Assembly (NCBI GenBank): GCA_000092065.1
Contig: CP000593.1
Length of the DNA: 64,000 bases
Origin: Ostreococcus lucimarinus
Lineage: Eukaryota
Reading direction: 5' to 3' (one strand)
A program made the position numbers and the translations under genes. The first letter of the stretch is position 1, and every line of letters starts with the position of its first letter. The notes beneath the pieces are model-generated. The model was not told the DNA's origin. It saw only the letters and a list, made by a program, of their open reading frames with translations, and did not search any database. Positions 1-9,792 of this stretch are shown in pieces.

Positions 1-507
1 ACGAGGAATTTGACGCTCACGGTAGGCGACGCGTTCAACGACGATCAAACGTCGATATGGTACACGAGATTGCTCAGAGACGAGGTGCTCGCGGAGTGGC
101 GCGAGGACGGCTTGCACGTGTTTTGTCAGGTGAGCGCGAAGGAGGCTTGGTGGATACGATGGGCGGCGCCCCTTCGTTCGGTCGTGTTTCGTCAAAAATT
201 ACCGTTGGTGTTAGATACGTTGCGTTACGCCGAGAGAGAGCTACTGGCGACGTATCCAGAGTTGTTTGACAGTCCGGTGTACGTCAACTTTGGCTCCGCG
301 GACGGACCGGGGGACAAGGAGTATTGGGGAGATTTCAGAACGGCTGGATCGGAAGAGACGCGATCGAGTCGAGTGACGTGCGCGGATGGTGCAGGACTGG
401 ATCCCAGAATAGCAGACAATGTTAGAAACACGATAATCACAGGGCGTGGTTCTCGCGTCGAGGTCGGCGGAGTGATTTTGGAAAACTCCCCAGCGCCTCC
501 TCGCTAG
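1..507 (+). CDS. 3' part of a gene that begins upstream of the window; conserved-looking but unassigned protein (...YTRLLRDEVLAEWREDGLHVF...PVYVNFGSADGPGDKEYWGDF...)
   Basis: Open frame from nt 1 with no in-frame stop before 507. The ORF-track 'M' at 10 is TTG. Composition is coding-like and not Arg-rich junk. No family assigned. Confidence 0.4.
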   Translation, partial: TRNLTLTVGDAFNDDQTSIWYTRLLRDEVLAEWREDGLHVFCQVSAKEAWWIRWAAPLRSVVFRQKLPLVLDTLRYAERELLATYPELFDSPVYVNFGSADGPGDKEYWGDFRTAGSEETRSSRVTCADGAGLDPRIADNVRNTIITGRGSRVEVGGVILENSPAPPR

Positions 508-733
508 CGAATGCGTTTTGAAGACCACGTCGTCGTCGTGCCGGCGGGCGAGCGACGCGGTCGAGTTTAGGACTTTTTATTACCACCTTTCTCATTAGTA
601 CTCATCATTCTTCGCACGATTCGAGCGGTGCGAGGAGCCAACGAGAGCTCGCCGACTTCGCAGCCGCTCTTCTGCTCGCCCGACGAGTGACCGCAGACCG
701 CGCTTCGCACGCGCGTCTCGGTGCGTCGCTACC

Positions 734-2215
734 ATGCGACGCTCGGCGTGTTCGCGCCAACACCGCGAGCTCTGTGAGAATTTGTTCTCGTTCGCGCACA
801 GAGCGCGCGCACGAGCCCGCACATCGACCGCATTCGCGACGGTGGACGAAGCGTTGCGGGACTTCGTCAATCACGAAAAGAGCGGCGTCCCGCGAAACGC
901 TGGGACGGATACGACGGACGGATTCGATCTCGGACGCATGCATAGATTGTTGCGAGACTTTGACGATCCACACAGGGCGTATAACACGATACACGTGTCG
1001 GGAACGAAGGGGAAAGGAACGACGGTTTCCGTGCTCGCGAGCGTCCTGCGCGCCGCTGGATTACGAATCGGCACGTATAAGAGCCCTCACGTGTATACCG
1101 TGGCGGAAAGGATTCGGAGTAGCGAAAGTGATGCGTCTGCACAAGTTCTCGACGTACTGCGCGATTTAGAGCGAGAGATAAAGTCTGCACAACAGCGTGA
1201 GGGCGGTCAGTTGTCGTACTTTGAAGTCCTCACGGCGCTCGCCTTTGCATACTTTAAAAAGGCAAACGTCGATTTAGCGCTCGTGGAAGTCGGTCTCGGG
1301 GGAAGTCGAGACGCCACAAACGTACTCGCGGCAGAAAATCTAGAAGCAGCGGTGATCACACACATAGGTGAGGAACACCTCGAAGCGCTCGGCGGTTCGA
1401 TTGAGACAATCGTAGACGCAAAAGCTGGCATCGCGCATAAAGGTCGTCCGGTGTTTTGTGCCCCAAACGTGGACGAACGAATAACAACAATGTTGAAAAC
1501 TGCGCTCCGCGCGCGTGGGGCGAACGTTATCGATAACGTATGCGTAGACACGCGTCTCGTGCGGTATCACGTGGAAGACTCGATCGCTTCGCAGGACGTC
1601 GACATCGACATCAAAGTGGATGGTAAAATAGCGTCCACCCTTTCGAACGTTCGAATTCCTCTCGCTGGGCCGCACCAGCGCGAGAACATAAGTCTTGCGC
1701 TTCGTGTTCTGTGGTGGCTTCGCGCTCAAAACAAAATCGACGCATCTCTGGAAGATATTCGAAGAGGCTTGGAAACGACGCGCAGTCCGGGGAACTTTGA
1801 AGTATTTGAGACGAGTGGAGGGCCCACGATGATTGCTGATGGCGCGCACACCAAAGGTTCCGCTCGAGTTCTCGTGAACACGATTCGTGAGGTTTATCCC
1901 GACCGAAAACTTTTGTTCGTCGTAGCGATGGCGGACGACAAGGATCACGGAGGATTTATTGAAGAGCTGTACAGGGCGGATCCCGTCGGTGTGGTGTGCA
2001 CTCAAATGCAAGTCGCCGGCGCATCGTCTCGAACGACGCCCGCGAAGACGCTCGCGAAGGCTTATATCGGCCCAGCGCATGGTCCGACTCCCACCTCAGA
2101 AGATGATTTCGAGAAGGCCTTGAAAGGAGCGCTCTCGCGCGGCGACGACGAGATTGTCGTGGTCGTGACGGGATCACTTTACACGTTCAAAGCGCTTAGC
2201 AAGGCGTTACTGTAG
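734..2215 (+). CDS. FPGS: Folylpolyglutamate synthase / dihydrofolate synthase (Mur-ligase fold, FolC family)
   Basis: 493-aa ORF starting at ATG 734. Mur-ligase P-loop IHVSGTKGKGTT. FolC-type N-terminus (RDFDDPHRAYNTIHV) and C-terminal domain (VVTGSLY). Single exon. Confidence 0.88.
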   Translation: MRRSACSRQHRELCENLFSFAHRARARARTSTAFATVDEALRDFVNHEKSGVPRNAGTDTTDGFDLGRMHRLLRDFDDPHRAYNTIHVSGTKGKGTTVSVLASVLRAAGLRIGTYKSPHVYTVAERIRSSESDASAQVLDVLRDLEREIKSAQQREGGQLSYFEVLTALAFAYFKKANVDLALVEVGLGGSRDATNVLAAENLEAAVITHIGEEHLEALGGSIETIVDAKAGIAHKGRPVFCAPNVDERITTMLKTALRARGANVIDNVCVDTRLVRYHVEDSIASQDVDIDIKVDGKIASTLSNVRIPLAGPHQRENISLALRVLWWLRAQNKIDASLEDIRRGLETTRSPGNFEVFETSGGPTMIADGAHTKGSARVLVNTIREVYPDRKLLFVVAMADDKDHGGFIEELYRADPVGVVCTQMQVAGASSRTTPAKTLAKAYIGPAHGPTPTSEDDFEKALKGALSRGDDEIVVVVTGSLYTFKALSKALL

Positions 2216-2278
2216 AGACACCGTAGACGTAGACTAGCGTAGATTAAGTAGTTTAGTTACAGCCGCGTTAGACTAAAT

Positions 2279-4156
2279 CTAGAACTCAGCGCTACCCGGG
2301 TAACGGGGGAAAGGAATGGCGTCACGAATGTTCTCCACACCTGTGACGTACTGAACGAGGCGTTCAAAACCGAGGCCGAAACCGGCGTGCGGCTGCGAAC
2401 CGTATCGTCTCAAATCTAAGTACCACCAGTACGACTCCTTTTCCAAACCAACCTCTTCGATTCGGCGCTCCAAGACATCAAGGCGTTCTTCTCTTTGGCT
2501 ACCACCCATCAACTCACCAACGCGGGGCACCAAGACGTCCATTGCGGCGACGGTTTTGTTGTCGTCGTTGAGACGCATGTAGAACGCCTTGATATCTTTC
2601 GGATAATCGCGCACGATCACGGGGCGATCTTTGAAGACTTCTTCTGAGATGTACCGCTCGTGCTCGCTCTGAAGATCCGATCCCCATTCGATTGGGAACT
2701 CAAACTTCTTCTTCGCGTTCAACACGTGCTCGACGGCTTCGGTGTACGTGATGCGCGCAAACTCTTGCGACGCGACGTTTCGAAGTCGCTCTCTCAGGTT
2801 GTCTTTGGAGATGTTCTTCTCGAAGAATTCAAGATCTTCGTCGCAGTGCTCGAGGACGTGGTTCAGGCAATACTTCAAGTACGCTTCTGCGCAATCCATG
2901 TCGTCGTTCAAATCCGCGAACGCGAGTTCGGGCTCTACCATCCAAAACTCAGCCAGGTGGCGCGACGTGTTGCTATTCTCCGCGCGGAACGTCGGACCGA
3001 AGGTGTAGATGTCGTTGACCGCGCAAGCCATGATTTCACCGTTCAATTGCCCAGACACGGTCAAATAAGACGGTTTGCCGAAGAAGTCTTGAGAATAGTC
3101 GATGGAACCATCCTTATTCTTCGGCAAGTCGGACGACGGGCGATTGTTCTTCAGCGCCTCGACGCTCGCCTTGAGATCTAAAAGCTTCGCCACGGCCTCA
3201 TCAACTTGCTCTTTCGTCGCGTCTCCCGCTTTCTTCGCCTCCTTCAGGGCCTTCACCGCGTCACCCTGTGCCTTCACCATGGCTTCTTGCTCGTCCACGA
3301 CCGAGGCCGGCGTCGTCCACTCGCCGGCGCCGAAGCCGTTCAACAGCGTCGTCACTTGAAACTGTTCCCCAGCGCCTTCGCAATCCGACGCGGTGATGAT
3401 CGGCGTGTTGGCGTATAAAAACCCATGCTCTTGAAAGAACGTGTGCGTCGCGTACGCCAACTGATTGCGCACGCGAGCCACGGCGCCGATGGTGTTTGTG
3501 CGAGGTCGCAAGTGCGCGATGCTTCGAAGATATTCCAGCGTGTGTCGCTTCTTTTGCAGCGGATACGTCTCCGGATCCGCCGTTCCGATGACATCAATCT
3601 CCTCCACCGCCAATTCCGCCGCTTGCTTCCCTCCCGGACTCGCCACGAGTTTCCCCTTCACCCTGAGCGCCGCCCCCGTGGAGACGCCGCCCGCGTCGAG
3701 CGCGTCCCACGCCGCGCTTCCCTCGTTCACCACCGCTTGCATCCCCGAGATCGCGCTCCCATCGTTCAGGTCGATGAACGCCATTCCCTTCTGCGTCCGC
3801 ACCGATCGCGCCCACCCTCGCAGTTCCAACGCCTCGCCCACGCGCGACGCCCCCCCGTCGTTTCCCTTCACGCGCGCGATGCGCTCGGGTCGTCCGTACG
3901 TCGCCCGCGTCGCCACCGCGCGCGCGCTCCGCGCGTGTTTGATCGCTCCCGGCGTCGCTCTCGCCCGCATCGCGAGCGCACCGAGTCGCGCGCCGAGTCG
4001 CGCGCCGCGCACCGCGTCCACGGACGCGCGCGACATCATCGCGCCGTCGCCCGCGGGGACGTCCAGTGACGTCGCGCGCCCGTAATTCGTCGTCGGCAAA
4101 GGCGCGGTCGGTCGCCGAGACCATAAAATCGCGTTCGACGGCCACTTGCGAACCAT
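2279..4156 (-). CDS. Asparaginyl-tRNA synthetase, bacterial/organellar type, with an R/A-rich presequence and an inserted WHEP-like helix-turn-helix
   Basis: Class IIb motifs FRAENSNTSRHLAEFWMVEPE and GGSQREER. Anticodon-binding OB fold. The region ASDCEGAGEQF ... DFFGKPSYLTVSGQLNGE parallels E. coli AsnRS. ATG at 4156; alternative start MMSRAS at about 4039. Confidence 0.9.
   Translation of the reverse strand: MVRKWPSNAILWSRRPTAPLPTTNYGRATSLDVPAGDGAMMSRASVDAVRGARLGARLGALAMRARATPGAIKHARSARAVATRATYGRPERIARVKGNDGGASRVGEALELRGWARSVRTQKGMAFIDLNDGSAISGMQAVVNEGSAAWDALDAGGVSTGAALRVKGKLVASPGGKQAAELAVEEIDVIGTADPETYPLQKKRHTLEYLRSIAHLRPRTNTIGAVARVRNQLAYATHTFFQEHGFLYANTPIITASDCEGAGEQFQVTTLLNGFGAGEWTTPASVVDEQEAMVKAQGDAVKALKEAKKAGDATKEQVDEAVAKLLDLKASVEALKNNRPSSDLPKNKDGSIDYSQDFFGKPSYLTVSGQLNGEIMACAVNDIYTFGPTFRAENSNTSRHLAEFWMVEPELAFADLNDDMDCAEAYLKYCLNHVLEHCDEDLEFFEKNISKDNLRERLRNVASQEFARITYTEAVEHVLNAKKKFEFPIEWGSDLQSEHERYISEEVFKDRPVIVRDYPKDIKAFYMRLNDDNKTVAAMDVLVPRVGELMGGSQREERLDVLERRIEEVGLEKESYWWYLDLRRYGSQPHAGFGLGFERLVQYVTGVENIRDAIPFPRYPGSAEF
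3143..3295 (-). other. WHEP-TRS-like insertion inside the AsnRS catalytic domain
   Basis: EAMVKAQGDAVKALKEAKKAGDATKEQVDEAVAKLLDLKASVEAL matches the WHEP consensus (V.AQGD.VR.LKA.KA.K..VD.AV..LL.LKA). Confidence 0.6.
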
Positions 4157-4273
4157 TGAGTTGATCGTTTTTTTCTCGTGTGGACGACTTTTTCGCTCGA
4201 CGCGCGTCGTCCGTCGGGCGTCGCGGTCGACGCGCGCGACGGGACGGGAGACGGCGTCGGGGGCGTGACGCGC

Positions 4274-5398
4274 ATGCGGGACGAGATCGCGCTCGTCGAG
4301 CGCGCGCGCGTGGTCGTGGCGGACGACGGCGCGCGCGCGCGGCGAGACGCGGTCGCGCGGGCGACGACGCGACGGTTGATTTTGACGTTCGAGACGACGG
4401 CGACGGCGGCGGCGGCGGGGAGCGCGGCCGAGGGTGGGACGGTGATCGAGTACGACGACGTGGCGGCGTGCGAACGAGCGCAGGAGTCGCGGTCGACGCT
4501 GGGTGGGTTGTTCAGGAGGCGCGAGCGCGGGGTGGCGCTGGTTTTGACGAGCGGGAGACGGGTGACGATCGGCGCGCGAGGGGCGAGCGCGGAGGAGGTG
4601 TGCGGGAAAATCGAGAACGCGATCGTAAAGTATAAGAGACAGAAAGCGACGGCGGCGGTGGAGACGACGCGGGAGGATGCGAGGCGGCGGGCGAGCGGCG
4701 CGTCGGCGGCGACGGCGGGCGTCGGCGGCGCGGTGAATCGACAGCTCGAACGCGCGGAGGCGACGAATAAGACGATGGACGAGGCGTTTACCGATCTCAG
4801 AGCGCTCATGGCGAAGGCTGGAGAGATGGTGACGCTCGCCGAGCGGCTCGCGGAGTCGATGGACGGGAAAGGGGAAAGTTCAGAGCTTCAGCGTCTCGTG
4901 CTCAGTCTCGGGATTACGAGTCCGGTGACGCGCGCGAACGCGGGGGCAGAGTTTCATCGAGAATTAGGTAAACAATTAGCGGATTGGATAACGCCCGTGG
5001 TGCAAAAATCGAACGGCATCATTACCGTCACCGATGCGTTCTGTTTGTTCAATCGCGCGCGAGGCACGGAGTTAGTTTCCCCGCAAGACATGCTTCGCGC
5101 GAGCGAATCGTGGGAGTCGCTCGGGGTCGATTTGCACTTGCGTAAATTTGAAAGCGGAGTGATGGTGATTCATACCGTAGAACGCACAGACGAGGAAGCG
5201 TGCGCGCGATTGCTCGCGCGATTGCCGTCTTACGAGCATTCAATCGATTCGTACGAGGCGGCGCAAATATTAGCGACGACGCCCGAAATAGCGCTCGAGT
5301 ACCTCTACATGGCAGAAAGCCGAGGCGTTTTGTGTCGAGACGACGGACCTGCGCAGATGAGATTTTATGCAAACATGTTCGAGGCTAGATTGACGTAG
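4274..5398 (+). CDS. VPS36: ESCRT-II subunit Vps36/EAP45 (GLUE-like N-terminus plus tandem winged-helix C-terminus)
   Basis: The C-terminus (NRARGTELVSPQDMLRASESWESLGVDLHLRKFESGVMVIH ... CRDDGPAQMRFYANMFE) closely parallels the human EAP45 C-terminus (CLVNRARGMELLSPEDL...CRDDSVEGLRFYPNLF). The ORF-track start 4178 is GTG; the first ATG is 4274. Confidence 0.75.
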   Translation: MRDEIALVERARVVVADDGARARRDAVARATTRRLILTFETTATAAAAGSAAEGGTVIEYDDVAACERAQESRSTLGGLFRRRERGVALVLTSGRRVTIGARGASAEEVCGKIENAIVKYKRQKATAAVETTREDARRRASGASAATAGVGGAVNRQLERAEATNKTMDEAFTDLRALMAKAGEMVTLAERLAESMDGKGESSELQRLVLSLGITSPVTRANAGAEFHRELGKQLADWITPVVQKSNGIITVTDAFCLFNRARGTELVSPQDMLRASESWESLGVDLHLRKFESGVMVIHTVERTDEEACARLLARLPSYEHSIDSYEAAQILATTPEIALEYLYMAESRGVLCRDDGPAQMRFYANMFEARLT

Positions 5399-5469
5399 AT
5401 TTTTATTGAACAACTCACAAATTAGCCACGGGTGATTGATGATGCTACACAATTTTCAAGCGCGCGCGC

Positions 5470-5898
5470 TTAAATGTCATTAATGTCGTCGAAATCGAAG
5501 AAGTCATCGTTCTCGTCGCGCTCTTCTTCGAACGTATCCGTATCGTTCACGCGGAAAGTGTCCGGGAGTTCCCCGTACGCCTTCAACGAGCGCGCCTCGT
5601 CGGCCAAGTACTTCAAGATGACGTCCGCCTTTTCGTCTTGAAAGTCCCGCAAGCCCAACAGGATGATGTCCCCGGTGTTCACCCAAACCTTTTTCCGCAT
5701 TTTACCGCGAATGTGACACAAACGCTTCACCCCATCGATGCACTGCGCCTCTAAGCGCCCGTTCCCGAGCATGCGCAACACTTGCGCGTACTCTTGACCG
5801 TCCTCTTTGAAGATGAGTTCGCGCTTCTCGTCTTCGCCGCCCCCTTTCCCGCGACGACGGTTCTTCCCTCCCTTTCCCTTGGAGTTACTCTTCGGCAT
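5470..5898 (-). CDS. EIF1A: Translation initiation factor eIF1A
   Basis: 142 aa. Basic N-terminal tail ([14 protein letters not shown]), S1/OB core ([56 protein letters not shown]) and acidic tail ([11 protein letters not shown]). ATG verified. Confidence 0.95.
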   Translation of the reverse strand: MPKSNSKGKGGKNRRRGKGGGEDEKRELIFKEDGQEYAQVLRMLGNGRLEAQCIDGVKRLCHIRGKMRKKVWVNTGDIILLGLRDFQDEKADVILKYLADEARSLKAYGELPDTFRVNDTDTFEEERDENDDFFDFDDINDI

Positions 5899-6337
5899 CG
5901 TGCGTTTACGACGCTCGCGTGTCTAAAACTTTACGCAGTCCCTCGATCGAGGACGAGTCGCGGATGAATGCGATTTCGGCGTCGTTCAAACTGAAGACCC
6001 TAGAACTTTCTTCGCGCGTCCGTCGCGCGCGTCCGTGCGCGCGAGGCGTGCGGTGAATCGATCGAACGCGCGTGCGTGACGTTTACGTGCGTGGAGCGCG
6101 CGCAAAGATCGGCCGAGTCCGGGTCGTCGACGGCGGGGCGTCGAAAAGAGACGGATGGGCGCGGGCCGAGCTCGACGTCGTTCGAGCGAACGCGCGGCGA
6201 AATCGAACCCGACCCCGTGGGCCAGGGTTGATGCGAGCGTTCGTGACTCAAGGAGTGGGGACTCGATCGGCGCGCGCGCGCGCGTCGAGAGGAAGTCGGT
6301 CGCTCGGGCGCTCTACAATCGGCGACGACGCTATGAA

Positions 6338-9300
6338 CTATAAATACTTCAGCCCGACGATCTTCGCTCGACGCTGGAGGGTGTGCTGGGTGACGACGGC
6401 GATGAGACTGGTGAAGGCGAGCGCGCGCACGGAGGGAATTTTTGAAAGAAACGGCGCCACGACGGCGAGCGGGGCGGTCAAGATGAGCGTCATCCCGTCC
6501 GTGCGAACGCTCGTGGCGAGGTAGTGCACCAAATTGATGCTATTCACCGAAGCGAGGAGCAGACTCAACGCGTTGAGCGTCATCCACGGCAACTTGGAGG
6601 CGGTCGCGGCGAGAACGTGAACTCGGTTCGGGCCGGCGAGGATGGCGGCGACGGCGTCCCAGCACATCTTACCCACGATCATCGCGAGCGGTGGAGCGTA
6701 TCGTTGGCTGTCTTCCAGTATAGGAAATATCACCGAGTCTTGGTGAAGAAGAAGCAGAATGGGCGCGAGGACGAAGACCGAAAACGCGGAGCCATCGGCC
6801 AACTCATCGCTCAGCACCACGCACGCGAGAAAGGACGTGAGCGTGGCGATGTTCCCGATGATTGGCATCCAAGCGATCGCCTTTGCCTTGAGTTCTCTGT
6901 GCTCGTTTCTGCTCGCGACACCGCGGAAATATTCCGGACGACTGCGACCAGTGGCGGGAAGGAACGGTGAAGTACCGCCTTGACGTCGTCGATGTTGCAC
7001 GCTCTCCAGGCTCGTTTTGATTCTCAACTTCAGAGCAAACGCGATTTGCAGCGAAGTCCCGGCGAAAACGCCGACGACACCGAATTTTCCTTCCATTCTC
7101 GCCTGATGGTCGTCCACAGTCTCGTCTGAGCCACCCATTTGTGTGACGTACGCCAAGCCGAGAACGGAGACGAACGATAAATACACGTAAGGCAACCAGC
7201 GCGAAGACTTCGGCGAAGGGCTGTACGTGAAAGACAAGAACACTCCCACCAGCGCACACGCGACAAATAGTAGTGCCGTCAGCGCCACTTGCTGGACGAA
7301 GAATTCCAGCGCCATATATAAACCAACGCTCCCACCGCACACGGCGCTTAAGGCGATTCGAATCGTTGACGTTGATTTTGTCTGTTGTCGTGGAGACGAG
7401 ACGGCGAATATCGCGGTGAGCGCGGCTAACATCAGCAACCAGCTCGGCCATCCATGATGCGCGTTCTCGCGCACGCCGTACATTCTCGCTTCGTCTTCTT
7501 CAGAGTCGGGAACGTGTTCGGCGTCATACCACATGCCCACCTCGCCCTTCCAAGGCATCGGCGGTCGGAAGGTGATGAGAAAGACGCCACAGAAACTCAA
7601 GAGCATCATCAATCGTTTGCTAAACATGTCATCACCGTAACTTTGTCGCGTTACCACGGACGCCAAGCTCGCCCCCGTGATCAGGAGGAGTCCACCGAAG
7701 AGCGTCGCGTCCGTCGGTCGGTGACCCGAGAGTTCAAATATAACGTCAAACATCGCAAACCGAGCGAATACCAAAGAGAACACCAAAGCGACGCAATAAC
7801 CAACGCTCGCGCCCGGAGATAATTGAGTCATTCGCCGTGACATCGCGTGCGGAGCGGTGATGGCGAGCACGACCACCAAGACGCTGAACATTTCCTTCAA
7901 ACCGCGAACAAAGAGCATGGAGAGCTTTGCGCCGCACACGCTCTGCATCACCCAGCCAAATTCGCGACTGATTCTCCCGCTGATGACGAGGCCTCGACTC
8001 GCCAAGAAGCCGCTGATGGAAGTGACGATGACCAAATATGGTGGATAAATCAAAGAATCGTCGTCATGCGTCGCTTGACTCAGGATTTGTTCAATCGTTG
8101 CGAGCGCCGAGACGTAACAGACGACGAGGACGCCAACCGTCGGCGCGCGCGCGCTTTTCGTATTCAACACCGCTGGCAAAGCCAAAGCCGCCACGGCGAG
8201 GAGTAATATGGCGACACACAATTGTTTGACGTCGAAAGCTCCCACGCGCACATCGAGTGACCAGAAATTCTTCGAAAGAAACCACGAAAAGCATCCGACG
8301 CAACTCGCGGCAAACACGCCGTAATCCTTCGGCTCTCGGTCCTCGTAATAATATTTGACGAATGACGATGATCCGGCGATGGGGATCGGAATCATCCACA
8401 GAGGTGCACCCAAAGCACAAATTGCGGTCGACGTAGACAGAGCCAACGTCGCCTTCACCGCACCCGTCGGGACGCCGTCGCCGACGGCGTTTGCGTAGCA
8501 CGCGGCGAAAACTGCCAGCGCGCTGTGGACGGAAACCGTCACCATGATGTAATTCAAAGGAGCCATGATTTCGATGTACTCGGCAAATTCACTAAATATT
8601 ATTCCACCTTCAACGCTCACCGCAAATCCAGTGAGTGCGAAGAGGAGCACGGCGGTTTCCATCCTTTTCGACGCCACGTCGACGCCGCGCGCGCGCCACC
8701 ACAACGACTTCTCCGTGCCGGCGGCTATTAAATACAACACCGGGACCGTCACCAACGCCCCACACGCGAAGACGTGATCGAGGGACTTGAACAGTGTGTC
8801 GAGGTTCGTCCATAAATACAACGCGACGGGTAAGCCGAGCGTGGCCACGGTGGCGTACTCGGCGTCGCTCTCGGTCAACGCCGAGCGCTTGTCCGACGGA
8901 GGCCCGTTCGTCTTCGTCACCGCCGCGCACGCGCTCGCGCACGGAAACAAAAACATCCGATGCGTGATCAACGACACGACCGAGCCGTAAAACGCCGCTC
9001 TCTCAGCTCCCGCGCTCGCGCTCGCGAACGCCCACGTCAGAATCGTCGTCGTCGTCGGCGGACACAGCGCGAAAATCAAACGCTCGCACGTCGCCGCCGC
9101 GCCCGCGTGCGACTCGTGTATCCACCGAAATTGCAGCGTGCACCACGAGCAAAATAAAAACAAATTCACCCCATTCACCGCGAGCAGCGCGCACGACGTC
9201 CCGACCGTCGCGCTCGTCCGCCAGCTCCCTCTCGTCAGCAGCGTCCCGAGCGCCGCCGTCGCCGTCGTCCAAATCGCGCCCAGCGCCCCCTCTCCGTTCC

Positions 9301-9766
9301 CCATCGCGTCCATCCCGCGCGCCGCGCTCGCCCCGATCGCGACCACGGTCACCATCGTCTCCCCCCCGCTGCCGAGCGTGACGCACAGCGCCGGCGCGAG
9401 CGCCGTCAGCGCGCGCGTCGAGTGTCCCCAACGACATCCCGCGCGTCGTCGCGTCGCCTCCTCGCGCGCCCCCGTCGCGCGCTCGCGCCCGCGTCCGCGC
9501 GCGCGCATCCCGGACGCGCGCGCGCGTCGTTTCCTCGCCCGATTCGCGCGCGTCGTCACCGCATCGCCGCCGCGCGTCGCTCGATGGCGTCGTTCGTCGT
9601 CCGTCCGACCGCCCGCGCGCCCGCGCCGCCCGCGCTCGCGCCTTCCGTTCGACGAGACCGTCCGATTGAGACCGTCCTCGCGCGCGCGCCCTCGCGCGCG
9701 CGCCCTCCGCGCGCGCGCCGCGCCGCGCGGACCCCGAACGCGCGCGGACGCGACGCGTCGCGACAC
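6338..9766 (-). CDS. Very large multi-pass membrane protein (more than 20 predicted TM helices), family unassigned
   Basis: Continuous 1142-aa ORF. The first ~130 aa are Arg-rich, so the true start is probably downstream, near ...GSGGETMVTVVAIGA. Body composition is coding-like and hydrophobic segments recur throughout. No catalytic motif recognised. Confidence 0.6.
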   Translation of the reverse strand: MSRRVASARVRGPRGAARARRARARGRAREDGLNRTVSSNGRRERGRRGRAGGRTDDERRHRATRGGDAVTTRANRARKRRARASGMRARGRGRERATGAREEATRRRAGCRWGHSTRALTALAPALCVTLGSGGETMVTVVAIGASAARGMDAMGNGEGALGAIWTTATAALGTLLTRGSWRTSATVGTSCALLAVNGVNLFLFCSWCTLQFRWIHESHAGAAATCERLIFALCPPTTTTILTWAFASASAGAERAAFYGSVVSLITHRMFLFPCASACAAVTKTNGPPSDKRSALTESDAEYATVATLGLPVALYLWTNLDTLFKSLDHVFACGALVTVPVLYLIAAGTEKSLWWRARGVDVASKRMETAVLLFALTGFAVSVEGGIIFSEFAEYIEIMAPLNYIMVTVSVHSALAVFAACYANAVGDGVPTGAVKATLALSTSTAICALGAPLWMIPIPIAGSSSFVKYYYEDREPKDYGVFAASCVGCFSWFLSKNFWSLDVRVGAFDVKQLCVAILLLAVAALALPAVLNTKSARAPTVGVLVVCYVSALATIEQILSQATHDDDSLIYPPYLVIVTSISGFLASRGLVISGRISREFGWVMQSVCGAKLSMLFVRGLKEMFSVLVVVLAITAPHAMSRRMTQLSPGASVGYCVALVFSLVFARFAMFDVIFELSGHRPTDATLFGGLLLITGASLASVVTRQSYGDDMFSKRLMMLLSFCGVFLITFRPPMPWKGEVGMWYDAEHVPDSEEDEARMYGVRENAHHGWPSWLLMLAALTAIFAVSSPRQQTKSTSTIRIALSAVCGGSVGLYMALEFFVQQVALTALLFVACALVGVFLSFTYSPSPKSSRWLPYVYLSFVSVLGLAYVTQMGGSDETVDDHQARMEGKFGVVGVFAGTSLQIAFALKLRIKTSLESVQHRRRQGGTSPFLPATGRSRPEYFRGVASRNEHRELKAKAIAWMPIIGNIATLTSFLACVVLSDELADGSAFSVFVLAPILLLLHQDSVIFPILEDSQRYAPPLAMIVGKMCWDAVAAILAGPNRVHVLAATASKLPWMTLNALSLLLASVNSINLVHYLATSVRTDGMTLILTAPLAVVAPFLSKIPSVRALAFTSLIAVVTQHTLQRRAKIVGLKYL

Positions 9767-9792
9767 AACGCGACGACGCGAAGCACGACGCG

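Noticed and set aside
6150-6260. tRNA-like T-loop string (GGGTCGGGTTCGATTTCG on the minus strand)
   Set aside because: No complementary T-stem, acceptor stem or anticodon arm could be folded around it. No tRNA called.
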